Source: Bacillus subtilis subsp. subtilis str. 168
GTDB lineage: Bacteria > Bacillota > Bacilli > Bacillales > Bacillaceae
Assembly (NCBI RefSeq): GCF_000009045.1
Contig: NC_000964.3
Span: forward strand, 4,050,001 to 4,082,000
Length of the DNA stretch: 32,000 nucleotides
Direction: 5' to 3'
Shown here: piece after piece, positions 18,550 through 31,028 of the stretch
Layout: every line of letters begins with the position of its first letter
Numbering within the stretch: the stretch's first letter is position 1
Made by a program: the position numbers and the translations under genes
The notes under the pieces: model-generated
Database searches by the model: none
The model's input: the letters and a program-made list of their open reading frames with translations, nothing else
Told to the model about the DNA's origin: nothing

Positions 18550-20418
18550 TTACTTGTTCATTTTTTTCAAATAGCTTGACCGCACCGCGAGGAAGAATAG
18601 AAGCTGAAAAATGAAAAACCCTCCGATGGTGAGACTGAGCGGCCCCGCTACATCGGAATATCCTTCCACAGCCAATGTTCTCAAGGCAAACAGTGTATGC
18701 ATGACGGCAATGACAAATGGAAAGAAGAAAAGAATCGCCAATTGTATTGTCACGCTTTGCGCCATTTCTCGCTCACTCAGGCCGATTTTGGCCAGTGAAC
18801 GGTAGCGCTCCCGGTCTTCATCTAAATCAGTGAACAGCCTGAAATATAAGAAACTTGCTGCCGCGACAAAGAATACAATTGCGATAAACAGGCCGATAAA
18901 TAGACTCAGGCTCGGCAGCTGCACCGTATCATAGTAAGTCCCCGCTTTTGAAGCAAAATCAGAATGCACGTCGATATAATTGCCGTAAATCTCATTTTGC
19001 AAGGATTGGCTGATCTCAAGACTGTCTTTCCAATGATCATAGCTGTAGCCGTATAATGACGCTTTATCACCGAGTGATTTCAGCTGATCAAAGGTTTGAT
19101 CATTCACCGCGATGATAGCATTCAATGAGATCAGCGGTTTTTTGACTTCTTTTACCGACAGTTTTTGATCAGACAGCTCCCCTTTTTGGTTCAGCAGCTT
19201 CAGCTGATCCGGCGCTTCGTTTTTGAAATTGCGGTCATACGTTCCCGGGAAATAGACAGCCTCGTCTTCTTTCAGGCCGTTCACTTTGACATGGAAGTAT
19301 TTTGCCGCATCCGATTCACTGATCATGTAAACAGGGGGAACAGTTTCTCCTTCCTGATAGCGAACATAGGAAACATCTATTTTGTCTTTCGTATACGTAA
19401 AACCGTGTGTTTTCAGTTCATGGTCAATATCTTTCAAATGAGTCTGTTCTTTTGGATTGTTGCTGTAAGATAAATACTCCATTTCATAAGCGGACTCTTC
19501 CGCTCCGACGGTCGATTTGTACATTGCGAGCACGCCTGTCGCAGTAAACGCAACCGCGGAAATAATGCTGACAATAAAGAACAGGCGGGCGTTGTCTTTT
19601 AGACGATAGACAAGGTCAGAAACCCAAATGATGTTTTTCCCGCGCAGATAAAAGGTTTTCCACTTCTTCAGCGCGCGCAGAATCCATATGCTGCTTTGGC
19701 TGAAAAAGAAATATGTTCCGATAACGGTGAGCAGTAAAATGATAAACGGTTCGGCCCCGTGGACATTGCCTTTAAGAACCATGCCGTACCCGCCGCACAG
19801 ACAGGCGATGCCGAATAAGGACAGAAGCACGGACGGCTTAGGCTCCGGTTTAACCTTGCCAGTGCCCTTTATTAATTTGATAACCGTATTTGATCTGACA
19901 AAAAGGATCGTAAACTGCGATAAAAAGAAAAATAAGAGCAGAAATCCGCAGGCCGTAATACCGAGCGCTTTCCAAGGCATATACAAAGGCAGCGCGTCCA
20001 TTTCTAAAATATAAGCGCCGACCGTAAAGAACGTCTTTGAAAAAATGAATCCTCCGATAATACCGGCTGCAATTGACATGACGCCGATGATCATATTTTC
20101 CGCAGTAATGAGCTTTCTCAGCTGCCCCGGCGTGATGCCCTGCATGAGCAGAATGCCGAATTCTTTATTTCTCGATTTCAAAAATGCATTAACCGAATAC
20201 AGAACAAATAAGAAAGAAAAAACAAAGATCATCCATTCCGCGGCGGTTAAGCCTTTTTTGGCGATGTTATTCAGGTAGCCTTCCTTTAATGCCGGATGAA
20301 ACAGGAACATCGCAAAGGTAAAGAAAATCAAAACGGAAAAGGCGCTGCTTAAAAAGAATGCAAGATAGGCCCTTTTGTTTCTCGTGACGTTTTTATAAGC
20401 GAACTGAAGAAAGGTCAT
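18550..20418 (-). CDS. yxdM: Bce-type (peptide-sensing/detoxification) ABC transporter permease
   Basis: 622 aa from MTFLQFAYKNVTRNKRAYLAFFLSSAFSVLIFFTF. FtsX-like permease with a large extracellular domain, characteristic of BceB/YxdM. The ORF track start at 20499 is upstream of the preferred ATG. Confidence 0.93.
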   Translation of the reverse strand: MTFLQFAYKNVTRNKRAYLAFFLSSAFSVLIFFTFAMFLFHPALKEGYLNNIAKKGLTAAEWMIFVFSFLFVLYSVNAFLKSRNKEFGILLMQGITPGQLRKLITAENMIIGVMSIAAGIIGGFIFSKTFFTVGAYILEMDALPLYMPWKALGITACGFLLLFFFLSQFTILFVRSNTVIKLIKGTGKVKPEPKPSVLLSLFGIACLCGGYGMVLKGNVHGAEPFIILLLTVIGTYFFFSQSSIWILRALKKWKTFYLRGKNIIWVSDLVYRLKDNARLFFIVSIISAVAFTATGVLAMYKSTVGAEESAYEMEYLSYSNNPKEQTHLKDIDHELKTHGFTYTKDKIDVSYVRYQEGETVPPVYMISESDAAKYFHVKVNGLKEDEAVYFPGTYDRNFKNEAPDQLKLLNQKGELSDQKLSVKEVKKPLISLNAIIAVNDQTFDQLKSLGDKASLYGYSYDHWKDSLEISQSLQNEIYGNYIDVHSDFASKAGTYYDTVQLPSLSLFIGLFIAIVFFVAAASFLYFRLFTDLDEDRERYRSLAKIGLSEREMAQSVTIQLAILFFFPFVIAVMHTLFALRTLAVEGYSDVAGPLSLTIGGFFIFQLLFFLAVRSSYLKKMNK

Positions 20419-21166
20419 TTGCGTTTCCCCCCAGCATAGACAGCACATCGAGAATTTGTTCATAAAATACTTGGCGGTTTTCCCCGCGGTAAATCTCATT
20501 AAACAGTTCGCCGTCTTTTATAAAGATGACGCGGCGGCAGTAGCTTGCCGAAACCGGATCGTGGGTCACCATCAAAGCCGTGACATGATCATCCCGATTC
20601 AGGCTCTGCAACGTTTCCATGACGTCTTTTGTCGCTTTGGAATCAAGGTTTCCAGTTGGTTCATCGGCCAGAATGAGTGACGGCTTATGAATGACCGCTC
20701 TTGCGATGGCGGCCCGCTGGCGCTGGCCTCCGGATACTTCAAACGTCCGCTTGTTAAGCAGGTTTTCGATACCGAGCTTTGCCGCGATGCCGTGCAGTTT
20801 TTCTTCCATTACAGACGGCGCTTCTTTTTCAAGCGTTAACGGCAGCATGATATTTTCACCGATCGTCAGCGTATCCAGAAGGTTGAAATCCTGAAACACA
20901 AATCCGAGCTGCTTGCGGCGGAAATGAGCGAGCTTTGTCCGCTTCAGGCGATGCGGGTTTTCTCCGTTAATCAGGATATCGCCTGAATCTGGACGGTCAA
21001 TCGTTGAAATGATATTCAAAAGCGTTGTTTTTCCGGACCCGGACGGCCCCATCACCGCCGTGAACTCGCCTTCTTCTATTGAAAATGAAATTTGCTTTAA
21101 GGCCTGATAGGACACTTGTCCTTTATAGGTTTTATTTATATGTTTGACTTCAAGCATATTCGCCAT
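20393..21166 (-). CDS. yxdL: Bce-type ABC transporter ATP-binding protein
   Basis: 257 aa from MANMLEVKHINKTYKGQVSYQALKQISF. Walker A GPSGSGKTT, signature VSGGQRQRAAIARA, Walker B ILADEPTGNLD. Start preceded by AAGGAGGAT. Confidence 0.94.
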   Translation of the reverse strand: MANMLEVKHINKTYKGQVSYQALKQISFSIEEGEFTAVMGPSGSGKTTLLNIISTIDRPDSGDILINGENPHRLKRTKLAHFRRKQLGFVFQDFNLLDTLTIGENIMLPLTLEKEAPSVMEEKLHGIAAKLGIENLLNKRTFEVSGGQRQRAAIARAVIHKPSLILADEPTGNLDSKATKDVMETLQSLNRDDHVTALMVTHDPVSASYCRRVIFIKDGELFNEIYRGENRQVFYEQILDVLSMLGGNANDLSSVRL

Positions 21167-21242
21167 GAAAATCCTCCTTATGGTTTTATTCTTGTTGATC
21201 TGGGCTGCTTTCATGTAGTGCCGGGACGTTCAACATAAAAAT

Positions 21243-21273
21243 CCCCTTGACATAAATCCATGTTATCAAGGGG
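21243..21273 (-). terminator. Terminator-like hairpin between yxdK and yxdL
   Basis: Minus strand: CCCCTTGA ... TCAAGGGG (8-bp perfect arms) followed by ATTTTTATG. Confidence 0.7.
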
Positions 21274-21309
21274 AAACAAAGCGGGCTATGTTGTTTTCTT
21301 AACGCAGCC

Positions 21310-21323
21310 TTACATTTTTGTAA
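21310..21323 (-). promoter_or_regulatory. YxdJ/BceR-type response regulator box
   Basis: TTACA-TTTT-TGTAA (minus strand TTACA-AAAA-TGTAA) matches the BceR-like consensus TnACA-N4-TGTAA and lies upstream of yxdLM, overlapping the yxdK stop codon. Confidence 0.7.
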
Positions 21324-22287
21324 GAAATGAAAATCGAACTGATGTCCCTTCACCGGGAGACGAGCTGATGTCCACCGTATGATTGAGCTTATCTGTAATT
21401 TCTTTGACGAGATGGAGGCCGATTCCCGTAGATTCTTGGAAACGCCGCCCGTTTTCACCCGTGTAATAAGGGTCAAACACCCGCTTGATGTCTTGTGAGG
21501 GAATCCCGACACCGTAATCTTTGACTTCAAGCACCGTCCTGTCTTCATCGCAGAAGACATTCAGCTCAAGTCTGTCACTCTTGCCCGCTGAATACTTGAC
21601 CGCATTTGTGACCACTTGGCCAATCGCAAATTTGAGCCATTTGGCATCGGTGTAAATCTGATGATCATCGCAAACGTTCATTTTCGGATAAACGCGATAT
21701 TGAATAAAAAATCGTTTATAGCTTTGAATAACTGATTGGAGAAGCTCGGACAGGGAAACCGCTTCGATTTTAAAATCCCGTTCAAACAGGTCGAGCCTTG
21801 AAGAATAAAGAAGCGTCTCCAGCCCGAATTCAATCTGCCGGACTTCTTTTTTGATTTGTTCAAAAACGGGCTCATCCTCTTCTTGAATGATTAAATTAAT
21901 GACCGACAGCGGCGTCTTTACTTGGTGCACCCATTGATTCATATACGTCACCCGCGCGTCAAGCTTGGCTTCGGTCTCATGGAGCTTCTGGTGCTGCAGC
22001 CGGATCAGCTCCATCTGCTTTTCATACAGCTCTGAACAGAACACTGAAGAACCGAGATACGGGATATCCGTCCCTTCCTGCCCCGAGCTGAGCCAATGAT
22101 ACACGCCGCGGTCTTTGTACCAGCGATAGGCAAGATAGCCCGCCAAAATAAGAAGCTGCACGCCCAATATGTAAAACAAGTGAGAAAAAGAATGAAGACC
22201 CGCAAACCAGTAATAAAAGAAGACAAACAGCCCTTGAAGGAGAAAAAGCAGAATCAGCACTGCATGAGACCGGAGAAACAGCTTCAT
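21310..22287 (-). CDS. yxdK: Bce-type (intramembrane-sensing) sensor histidine kinase
   Basis: 325 aa. Two N-terminal TM helices with almost no extracellular loop, H-box region QWVHQVKTPLSVINLI, and ATP-binding N/G boxes (VVTNAVKYSAGK; VKDYGVGIP; GTGIGLHLVKEI-like STGIGLHLVKEI). Confidence 0.94.
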   Translation of the reverse strand: MKLFLRSHAVLILLFLLQGLFVFFYYWFAGLHSFSHLFYILGVQLLILAGYLAYRWYKDRGVYHWLSSGQEGTDIPYLGSSVFCSELYEKQMELIRLQHQKLHETEAKLDARVTYMNQWVHQVKTPLSVINLIIQEEDEPVFEQIKKEVRQIEFGLETLLYSSRLDLFERDFKIEAVSLSELLQSVIQSYKRFFIQYRVYPKMNVCDDHQIYTDAKWLKFAIGQVVTNAVKYSAGKSDRLELNVFCDEDRTVLEVKDYGVGIPSQDIKRVFDPYYTGENGRRFQESTGIGLHLVKEITDKLNHTVDISSSPGEGTSVRFSFLTKM

Positions 22288-22973
22288 GACTGCGCCCTCA
22301 GCTGGTAGCCTTCGCCCCGCACCGCTTCAATAGAAACAGGCGCATTCAGCTCCCGCAGTTTTTTTCTGAGCCGCGTGATATACACGTTAAGTGTATTATC
22401 ATCGATGAATATGTCGGTGTCCCACGTCTTTTCCATGAGACGGTCCCGACTCGTCACCTTTTCTCCCCGCTCAAGCAGCACTTCCAAAAGCTTGCTTTCT
22501 TTTTTAGAAAGCTCACTTTTTTCATCCTGAAAACGCAGTTCAAACCGTTCCACAAAGAGCTGAACGCCGGCATATTCAACCACTTTCTCTCCCTGCTTTG
22601 CGGCGTACTCCCCGTACGCCCTCCGGATCTGGCTTTTGATTTTCGCAAGCACAATATCATAAGAAAACGGTTTTTCGATATAATCGTCTCCCCCATTTTC
22701 AATCGCCATCACCTGATCCATTTCCCCGCTTCTGGCAGAAATAAAGATGATCGGGCTTGTGGAGTGCTGGCGGATCTGCCGGCACCAATAATATCCGTCA
22801 TATGCCGGCAAATTGATATCAAGCAGCACCACATCGGGCTTTTCCCGCAAAAAGACATCAAGAACAGCTGTAAAATCCGCGGCGACCACTGTTTGATATC
22901 CGTATTTTTCAAGGTAATTCTGCAATAGTCCGCGAATGTCTTCACTGTCTTCCACAATCATGATTTTATTCAA
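22284..22973 (-). CDS. yxdJ: OmpR/PhoB-family response regulator
   Basis: 229 aa. Receiver domain with DVVLLDINLPAYDGY and C-terminal winged helix (SKKESKLLEVLLERGEKVTSRDRLMEKTWDTD...VNVYITRLRKKL-like). ATGA overlap with yxdK. Confidence 0.94.
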   Translation of the reverse strand: MNKIMIVEDSEDIRGLLQNYLEKYGYQTVVAADFTAVLDVFLREKPDVVLLDINLPAYDGYYWCRQIRQHSTSPIIFISARSGEMDQVMAIENGGDDYIEKPFSYDIVLAKIKSQIRRAYGEYAAKQGEKVVEYAGVQLFVERFELRFQDEKSELSKKESKLLEVLLERGEKVTSRDRLMEKTWDTDIFIDDNTLNVYITRLRKKLRELNAPVSIEAVRGEGYQLRAQS

Positions 22974-23050
22974 ACTGAACCACTCCCGTTTCTTACACTG
23001 CTGCCATCATCATAATCGTTTTGGGCGTATGGACGCAACACCGCACAAAA

Positions 23051-23071
23051 AAACCGCCATCTCGGCGGTTT
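23051..23071 (-). terminator. Intrinsic terminator at the end of the iol operon
   Basis: Minus strand AAACCGCC-GAGAT-GGCGGTTT followed by TTTTTGTG. Confidence 0.85.
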
Positions 23072-23080
23072 CTGGTCTCT

Positions 23081-23953
23081 TTAGCCGACCTGCTGCTTAG
23101 CTGCTTTACCGGCTGATCCGAACTCTCTCATTTTGCTTCGCACTGTCTCTTCCACGGCTTCAATGCCGGGTGTCAAATAGCCGCGCGGTTCGTACAGATC
23201 GCTGTTTTCCTGAAACATGCGGCGTGTTTCGTCTGTCCACGCTACCATACATTCCGTATTGATATTGATCTTCGCGTGGCCGAGCGTGATGGCTTTTTTG
23301 ATCTGATCCTGCGGAATCCCGGATGCCCCGTGAAGAACGAGGGGAATATCAGTCATGCGGGAGATAGCCTCCATTTCCTTAAATCCGAGATTCGGCTCAC
23401 CCTGATATTTGCCGTGTACAGAGCCGAGGGCGGCGGCCAGCGCGTCGATATTGGTTTCTTTAACGATCCGCTCACATTCCGTGATATCCGCATAGCGGAC
23501 CCCGCCGACCAGTCCGTCTTCCATTCCGCCGACCGTGCCGACTTCGGCTTCTACTGACACGCCGTGTTTTGCGGCATAATCGGTGACTTCTTTTGTCATC
23601 GCGATATTCTCGTCAATCGGCTGATGGGAGCCGTCAATCATCACTGAGCTGAATCCGGCATCAATGGCCTGTCTGCAGCGTTCCGCACTGCTGCCGTGAT
23701 CGAGATGAAGCACGACCGGAACGGTAATCGCCATGTCCTCTATTAACGCGCCGACCATGGCGGCAATCGTTTTAAATCCGCCTAAATAGTCGACCAGGCG
23801 ATCGGAAGCCGCGGCGATGACCGGTGATTGCTCCTTTTGCGCCGCCTGCAAAATCGCCTTCGTCCATTGCAGGCCGTTGATATTAAACTGGCCAATTGCA
23901 TATTGCTCCCGCTTTGCATCTTCAAGAAGCTCTTTCATCGATACAAAAGCCAT
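23081..23953 (-). CDS. iolJ: Class II aldolase, 6-phospho-5-dehydro-2-deoxy-D-gluconate aldolase (inositol catabolism)
   Basis: 290 aa from MAFVSMKELLEDAKREQYAIGQFNINGLQW. Class II aldolase motifs (VVLHLDHGSS; LVLHGASGIP; KININ). Confidence 0.95.
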   Translation of the reverse strand: MAFVSMKELLEDAKREQYAIGQFNINGLQWTKAILQAAQKEQSPVIAAASDRLVDYLGGFKTIAAMVGALIEDMAITVPVVLHLDHGSSAERCRQAIDAGFSSVMIDGSHQPIDENIAMTKEVTDYAAKHGVSVEAEVGTVGGMEDGLVGGVRYADITECERIVKETNIDALAAALGSVHGKYQGEPNLGFKEMEAISRMTDIPLVLHGASGIPQDQIKKAITLGHAKININTECMVAWTDETRRMFQENSDLYEPRGYLTPGIEAVEETVRSKMREFGSAGKAAKQQVG

Positions 23954-23973
23954 ATTCACCCCTCCTTTATCCA

Positions 23974-24810
23974 TTACATGCTGAAGTATTTTGATACGAC
24001 ATCCACTGTTGTTTTTTTCGCTGTTTGAATGGCTTCCTCAGCAGTCAGCTTATAGTATTCAGGCCGGAAGAGCTCAACCGAAACAACATCAGAGAAGCCG
24101 ATTTCCTTCAGTGCTGATAAGTGGGCATCTAAGTCAATTGCCCCTTGTCCCGGCCATACACGATCCTCATCTGTTAAAAAGCCGATTGGGAAATCTTCTG
24201 TATCATCAATATGATAGATGAAGATTTTCTTTCCGTCCGCCTGCTTTAAGCTCTCAATATTTGAACCCATTGCATGGAAGTGAAAACTGTCAAGGACAAG
24301 CCCGACATTGTCACGGTTAACTGTGTTTACAATCTCATACGCCTGTTCAAACGTATTGACCGTACATTGCGGATGGCCGACAAACTCAAGCGCGATTTTT
24401 ACGCCGTACGGCTCCGCGATATCTGACAGCTCAGTCAGCACGTCTACACTGCTCTTTTTGATCTCTTCTTTTACAATCTTCTGCTCTGTCACAAGCGGAA
24501 CGGCCACCACATATTTCACACCGAGGGTTTTGCATGTTTCCATCATGCCTTTAAATTCAGTGATGATCTCGTTGTGACCCTTTTCATCACGGTTGTTGAA
24601 GAAAACGAGTGCGTTTAAGGCAAGCGGTTTGATGTGGTGGGTTTGAAAATATTCCGCAAGGTCATCCAATGAATGATCTTTTAAGTACTCCGGCAGCTTA
24701 TCCATAGTACGGATTTCAATATAATCATAGCCATGCTTTTCGCATAGTTCTAAATCCAGTTTAAGGTTTGAGTTTTCCAATGTTGTCGCTTCATTAAAAC
24801 AAAGTTTCAT
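23974..24810 (-). CDS. iolI: Inosose isomerase, AP endonuclease 2/xylose isomerase-like TIM barrel
   Basis: 278 aa from MKLCFNEATTLENSNLKLDLELCEKHGYDYIEIRTMDKLPEY. ORF track start 24888 is upstream of the preferred ATG. Confidence 0.95.
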   Translation of the reverse strand: MKLCFNEATTLENSNLKLDLELCEKHGYDYIEIRTMDKLPEYLKDHSLDDLAEYFQTHHIKPLALNALVFFNNRDEKGHNEIITEFKGMMETCKTLGVKYVVAVPLVTEQKIVKEEIKKSSVDVLTELSDIAEPYGVKIALEFVGHPQCTVNTFEQAYEIVNTVNRDNVGLVLDSFHFHAMGSNIESLKQADGKKIFIYHIDDTEDFPIGFLTDEDRVWPGQGAIDLDAHLSALKEIGFSDVVSVELFRPEYYKLTAEEAIQTAKKTTVDVVSKYFSM

Positions 24811-24895
24811 GCCAGACTCCCCCATCTGCGTTTTAGATATGAAGGGAGTTCGGCAGGAAGGCTGTCGCCATATCCCGCCGAACTCCATGCTCAGC

Positions 24896-25765
24896 TTATG
24901 CCAGACCTAATTCTTCTTTCATTTTCTTAAGCATAAATCGGCTTGATTCATCCGCTCTTTCATCGACCCAAGCAAATACGGCATTCGTCGCAATTCCGTC
25001 GAACTTCATCTCTCTCAGTTTTCTGAAAATCGTATCAAAATCAACCTCGCCTTGGCCAATGTCCAAATGCTGGTGAACCGTTACTTTCGCGTCAGGCGGA
25101 TTGACGATGTAGCGAAGGCCATGAGCCGCTTTATGATTATAGGTATCTGCAAATAAAACATGTGTGAGGCGGTCGCCGGCTTCGTCAAACATGGTCTCGA
25201 TGTCGCCTTTGCCGTCATCATAGAAGAACGTATGCGCAGTCGAGTAGACAAGATTGATCCAATCCTTGTCAAGCGCGCGGATCATATCCATCGCACCTTT
25301 GTGCGTTTCGATAAAATCATATGGATGGGCTTGAAGATTGAGTTTAATGCCTTCTTTTTCAAAGACTGGCAGAAGCTCATCCATGGATTTGATAAATTTT
25401 TCTTCACTTGTTAAAGGATCATATTTTGAACCGCTGAATTCGCTGTTCATCAAATCCACTTCAAGTTCAACCGCAATTTCGATTGCCCGTTTCCAGTTGC
25501 GCACTGCTGCCTGGCGGCGGTCTTCATCGGGTCCCGCCCAGTGGTAAAGAGGAAGAAGCGATGAAAGCTTAACACCTGTATCTCTTAAAAGGCGCTTTAA
25601 TTGTTTGATCTTTGCTGAATCGACTTTCGGATATTTATAAAACGGGCAAAAATCCTCGCGCGGCGATAATTCGATATATTCATAGCCGAGCTCTGCCGTT
25701 TTATAGACCATTTCCTCTAAAGTTAAATCATCACGATACATGGATGGATCCAATGCTAACTTCAT
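24896..25765 (-). CDS. iolH: IolH, sugar phosphate isomerase/epimerase-like protein of the inositol operon
   Basis: 289 aa, [39 protein letters not shown]; xylose isomerase-like TIM barrel. Confidence 0.94.
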
Positions 25766-25784
25766 ATTTTCACTCCTCTGTTTT

Positions 25785-28158
<2,374 letters not shown>

Positions 28159-28172
28159 ATGTTCATTCCCCA

Positions 28173-29066
28173 TTAAGCCAGATCCAACAACTGCTGATCA
28201 ATATAGTTTCTCGCAATCAATGCATACTCCAGCGGGTTTGCAACATCGGGGTCTTGTTCAGCTTCAATGACAATCCATCCGGAATAACTGTGCTTCAACA
28301 GCAGCTGATATACTTCTCTAAAGTCAATGCAGCCGTCACCGGGAACCGTAAACATGCCTTTTAAAAATGATTGCCGGAACGATTGTCCTTCGAGCCTGCA
28401 TTGTTCCATGACATTCAGGCGGGCATCCTTAAAGTGCACATGCTTAATGCGGCCGATATGCTTCTCAAGCATCCCCATGTAATCGCCGTCAGAAATATAC
28501 GCATGGCCTGTATCATAGAGGAGGTGTACATGCGCAGGGTCTGTTCCTGCCATCAGGCGGTCCACTTCTTCCGCTGTTTGGACACCAGTGCCGAGATGAT
28601 GATGATAGACAAGCTTCAAGCCATGCTGAGCGGCAATTTCGCCAAGGTGATTCAGCCCTTCGCAAAGCCGCTCCCATTCATCATCCGTAAAGTGCGGCTT
28701 CTCTGTGAACACATTTTTCTCCAAGCTTTGCACGCTGTACGTTTGTTCAGAGACAACTGCGACATCCGCGTTTACTTGCTGCAAATACTCACAATGCAGG
28801 GTAAATGTCTTTGCCGCTTCACCAAGTCCGTCACGCAAAATAAAACTGCTGAACCATTTTCCTGCAATGCGTAAGTTCCGAAGCTTCAGCTCTTTGTTCA
28901 GGATGGCAGGTTCGGGGAAAAAGCCCCCGACCTCCGTGCCTTGAAAACGTGCGACAACGATATCACTTAACAAATGCTGAAGTGTATTTCCCGCTCCAAT
29001 TTCAGGCATGTCATCATTCCGCCACCCAATGGGAGCGATTCCCCACAGGATTTCATTTTTGCCCAT
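28173..29066 (-). CDS. iolE: 2-keto-myo-inositol (inosose) dehydratase
   Basis: 297 aa, [33 protein letters not shown]; conserved IolE N-terminus, metal-binding [11 protein letters not shown] and VIEAEQDP. Confidence 0.96.
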
Positions 29067-29082
29067 CTATGGTGCCTCCCCT

Positions 29083-30996
29083 CTAATACTGCTTCGCAGA
29101 TTCCAGCTTTTTCTCTTTTGCTTCGTATGCTTTCTGAACGCTTTCTTGTTCAGATACCTCTGCCACCCCGACATGCCACCAGCTGTCATAGCCGTCCGTC
29201 ATTGTTTTAGGCAGCACCTTCATTTCAATTAATGTTGATACATCCTGTTTCTTCGCATCCTCTAACGCAGCTTTTAATTCTTCTACTGTGTTTGCACGGT
29301 AGGTTTTCGCGCCGTATCCCTCAGCGACTTTCGCGTAATCGACATTCAGGATTTGGTTGTCATCTGTGCGGAACTCGCAATAGTAGCTGCCGCTGCCGTG
29401 ATCCATTTGCAGGTTGTTGATGCATCCGAATCCTGAGTTGTCAAAGAGCAGCACATTGATTTTCTTGTTGTACTGAATCGCCGTGATCAGTTCAGAATGA
29501 AGCATCAGGAAGCTGCCGTCTCCGACGATTGAATACACTTCTCTGTCAGGGTGGGCCAGTTTAAGACCGAGTGTCCCGGACACTTCATAGCCCATGCAAG
29601 AATATCCATACTCCAGGTGATACGTATTCGGAACATTAGAATGCCACAGACGCTGCAAATCTCCTGGGAGTGAGCCTGCTGAACAGATGATGACGCTGTC
29701 TTCAGGAATCGTCTCGTTGATTGTCAGCAATGCCGTTGTTTGCGGAAGCTCCGTATTCAACGCGTCAGCATATTCATTCAGGACCTCTTGAGAAAAGTGA
29801 TTTTTGATTTCCGGATCAAATGCTTCCCGCTTAAACGTCACTTTGCTGAGACGCTCGCGTTCAGCTAGCCATTCGTCCTTCAGCTCCCGGATCGTTGTGC
29901 CGAACTCGCTCTCATAGCCTTCAAGCAAGCCGTGCAGTTTGCCAAGCGTCACTTTCGCATCCGCCACCACTTGGAATGCATCAAGTTTATACGCCTGCAT
30001 TCGGCTGACGTTAATGTTCAAAAACTTCGCTTTATCAAAATCAAAAGCGGTCTTAGAGGATGTCGCAAAATCTGTATACCTTGTGCCGATGCCGATAATC
30101 AAATCAGCTTGGCGGGCCGCTTTGTTTGCCGCAAGTGTACCTGTGATGCCCATTCCGCCAAGGTTGTTCGCAAAATCTGCCTCAACGGTAGACTTTCCTG
30201 CCTGCGTTTCAACTAACGGAATGTTATAGGCTTCAGAAATGGCAACCAATTCATCGCGCGCACCGGAATATTTTGCGCCTCCGCCGACGAGAATCACAGG
30301 TTTTTTGCTGGATTTAATCAGCTCCGCCGCACCTTGAAGCTCGCGCTCGCTCGGCTGCATGCGATCAATATAGTGAACCCGTTTGACGAAGAAACTTTCA
30401 TCAAAATCGTATGCTTCCCCTTCAACATCCTGAGAAATACAAATCGTTGCCGGACCTGCTTTTGCCGGATCAGTCATGACTTCAAACGCGCGCAGCAAAC
30501 TGCTCATCAGCTGCTCAGGGCGCGTAATGCGGTCCCAGTATCTCGATACAGGCTTCAATGCATCGTTTGTCGTAATCGCCGCACTGTATTCTTGCTCCAT
30601 TTGCTGCAGTACAGGGTCTGGCTGTCTTGTCGCAAATGTGTCTGCCGGAATCAAGAGAACTGGGATATTATTTGCCAATGCAGTGCCGGCTGCCGCCACC
30701 AAGTTAGCCGCTCCAGGTCCGACGGATGTAGACACCGCATATATTTTTCTTCTCAGCATTTGCTTGCTGTACGCCATGGCCGCATGCGCCATTCCTTGTT
30801 CATTTTTCCCTTGATAGACTTTCAAATGGCCTGCATCCTGCTCAAGCGCCTGCCCGATCCCTAATACGTTTCCATGACCGAAAATCGTGAAGATCCCTTC
30901 GACAAAAGGCTCTTCCTTTCCATCTACATGGATGTACTGCTGGTTTAAGAATTTAATCAGCGCCTGCGCAGTTGTTAAGCGAATTTTCTTACCCAC
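29083..30996 (-). CDS. iolD: 3D-(3,5/4)-trihydroxycyclohexane-1,2-dione hydrolase (ThDP-dependent)
   Basis: 637 aa from a GTG start ([20 protein letters not shown]) behind AAAGGTGG. ThDP-binding motif [32 protein letters not shown]. The ORF track ATG at 31008 precedes this by 4 codons and overlaps the likely RBS. Confidence 0.93.
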   Translation of the reverse strand: MGKKIRLTTAQALIKFLNQQYIHVDGKEEPFVEGIFTIFGHGNVLGIGQALEQDAGHLKVYQGKNEQGMAHAAMAYSKQMLRRKIYAVSTSVGPGAANLVAAAGTALANNIPVLLIPADTFATRQPDPVLQQMEQEYSAAITTNDALKPVSRYWDRITRPEQLMSSLLRAFEVMTDPAKAGPATICISQDVEGEAYDFDESFFVKRVHYIDRMQPSERELQGAAELIKSSKKPVILVGGGAKYSGARDELVAISEAYNIPLVETQAGKSTVEADFANNLGGMGITGTLAANKAARQADLIIGIGTRYTDFATSSKTAFDFDKAKFLNINVSRMQAYKLDAFQVVADAKVTLGKLHGLLEGYESEFGTTIRELKDEWLAERERLSKVTFKREAFDPEIKNHFSQEVLNEYADALNTELPQTTALLTINETIPEDSVIICSAGSLPGDLQRLWHSNVPNTYHLEYGYSCMGYEVSGTLGLKLAHPDREVYSIVGDGSFLMLHSELITAIQYNKKINVLLFDNSGFGCINNLQMDHGSGSYYCEFRTDDNQILNVDYAKVAEGYGAKTYRANTVEELKAALEDAKKQDVSTLIEMKVLPKTMTDGYDSWWHVGVAEVSEQESVQKAYEAKEKKLESAKQY

Positions 30997-31028
30997 AAAC
31001 GATCCCACCTTTACTCGATCTTTTTCAA

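Noticed and set aside
22454-22702. Short minus-strand ORFs nested in yxdJ (22454-22702, 22709-22957)
   Set aside because: Alternative-frame readings inside a clear OmpR-type response regulator.
30334-30864. 176-aa plus-strand ORF opposite iolD
   Set aside because: Antisense to the highly conserved ThDP enzyme gene; no start signals and Cys/Arg-rich artefactual composition.
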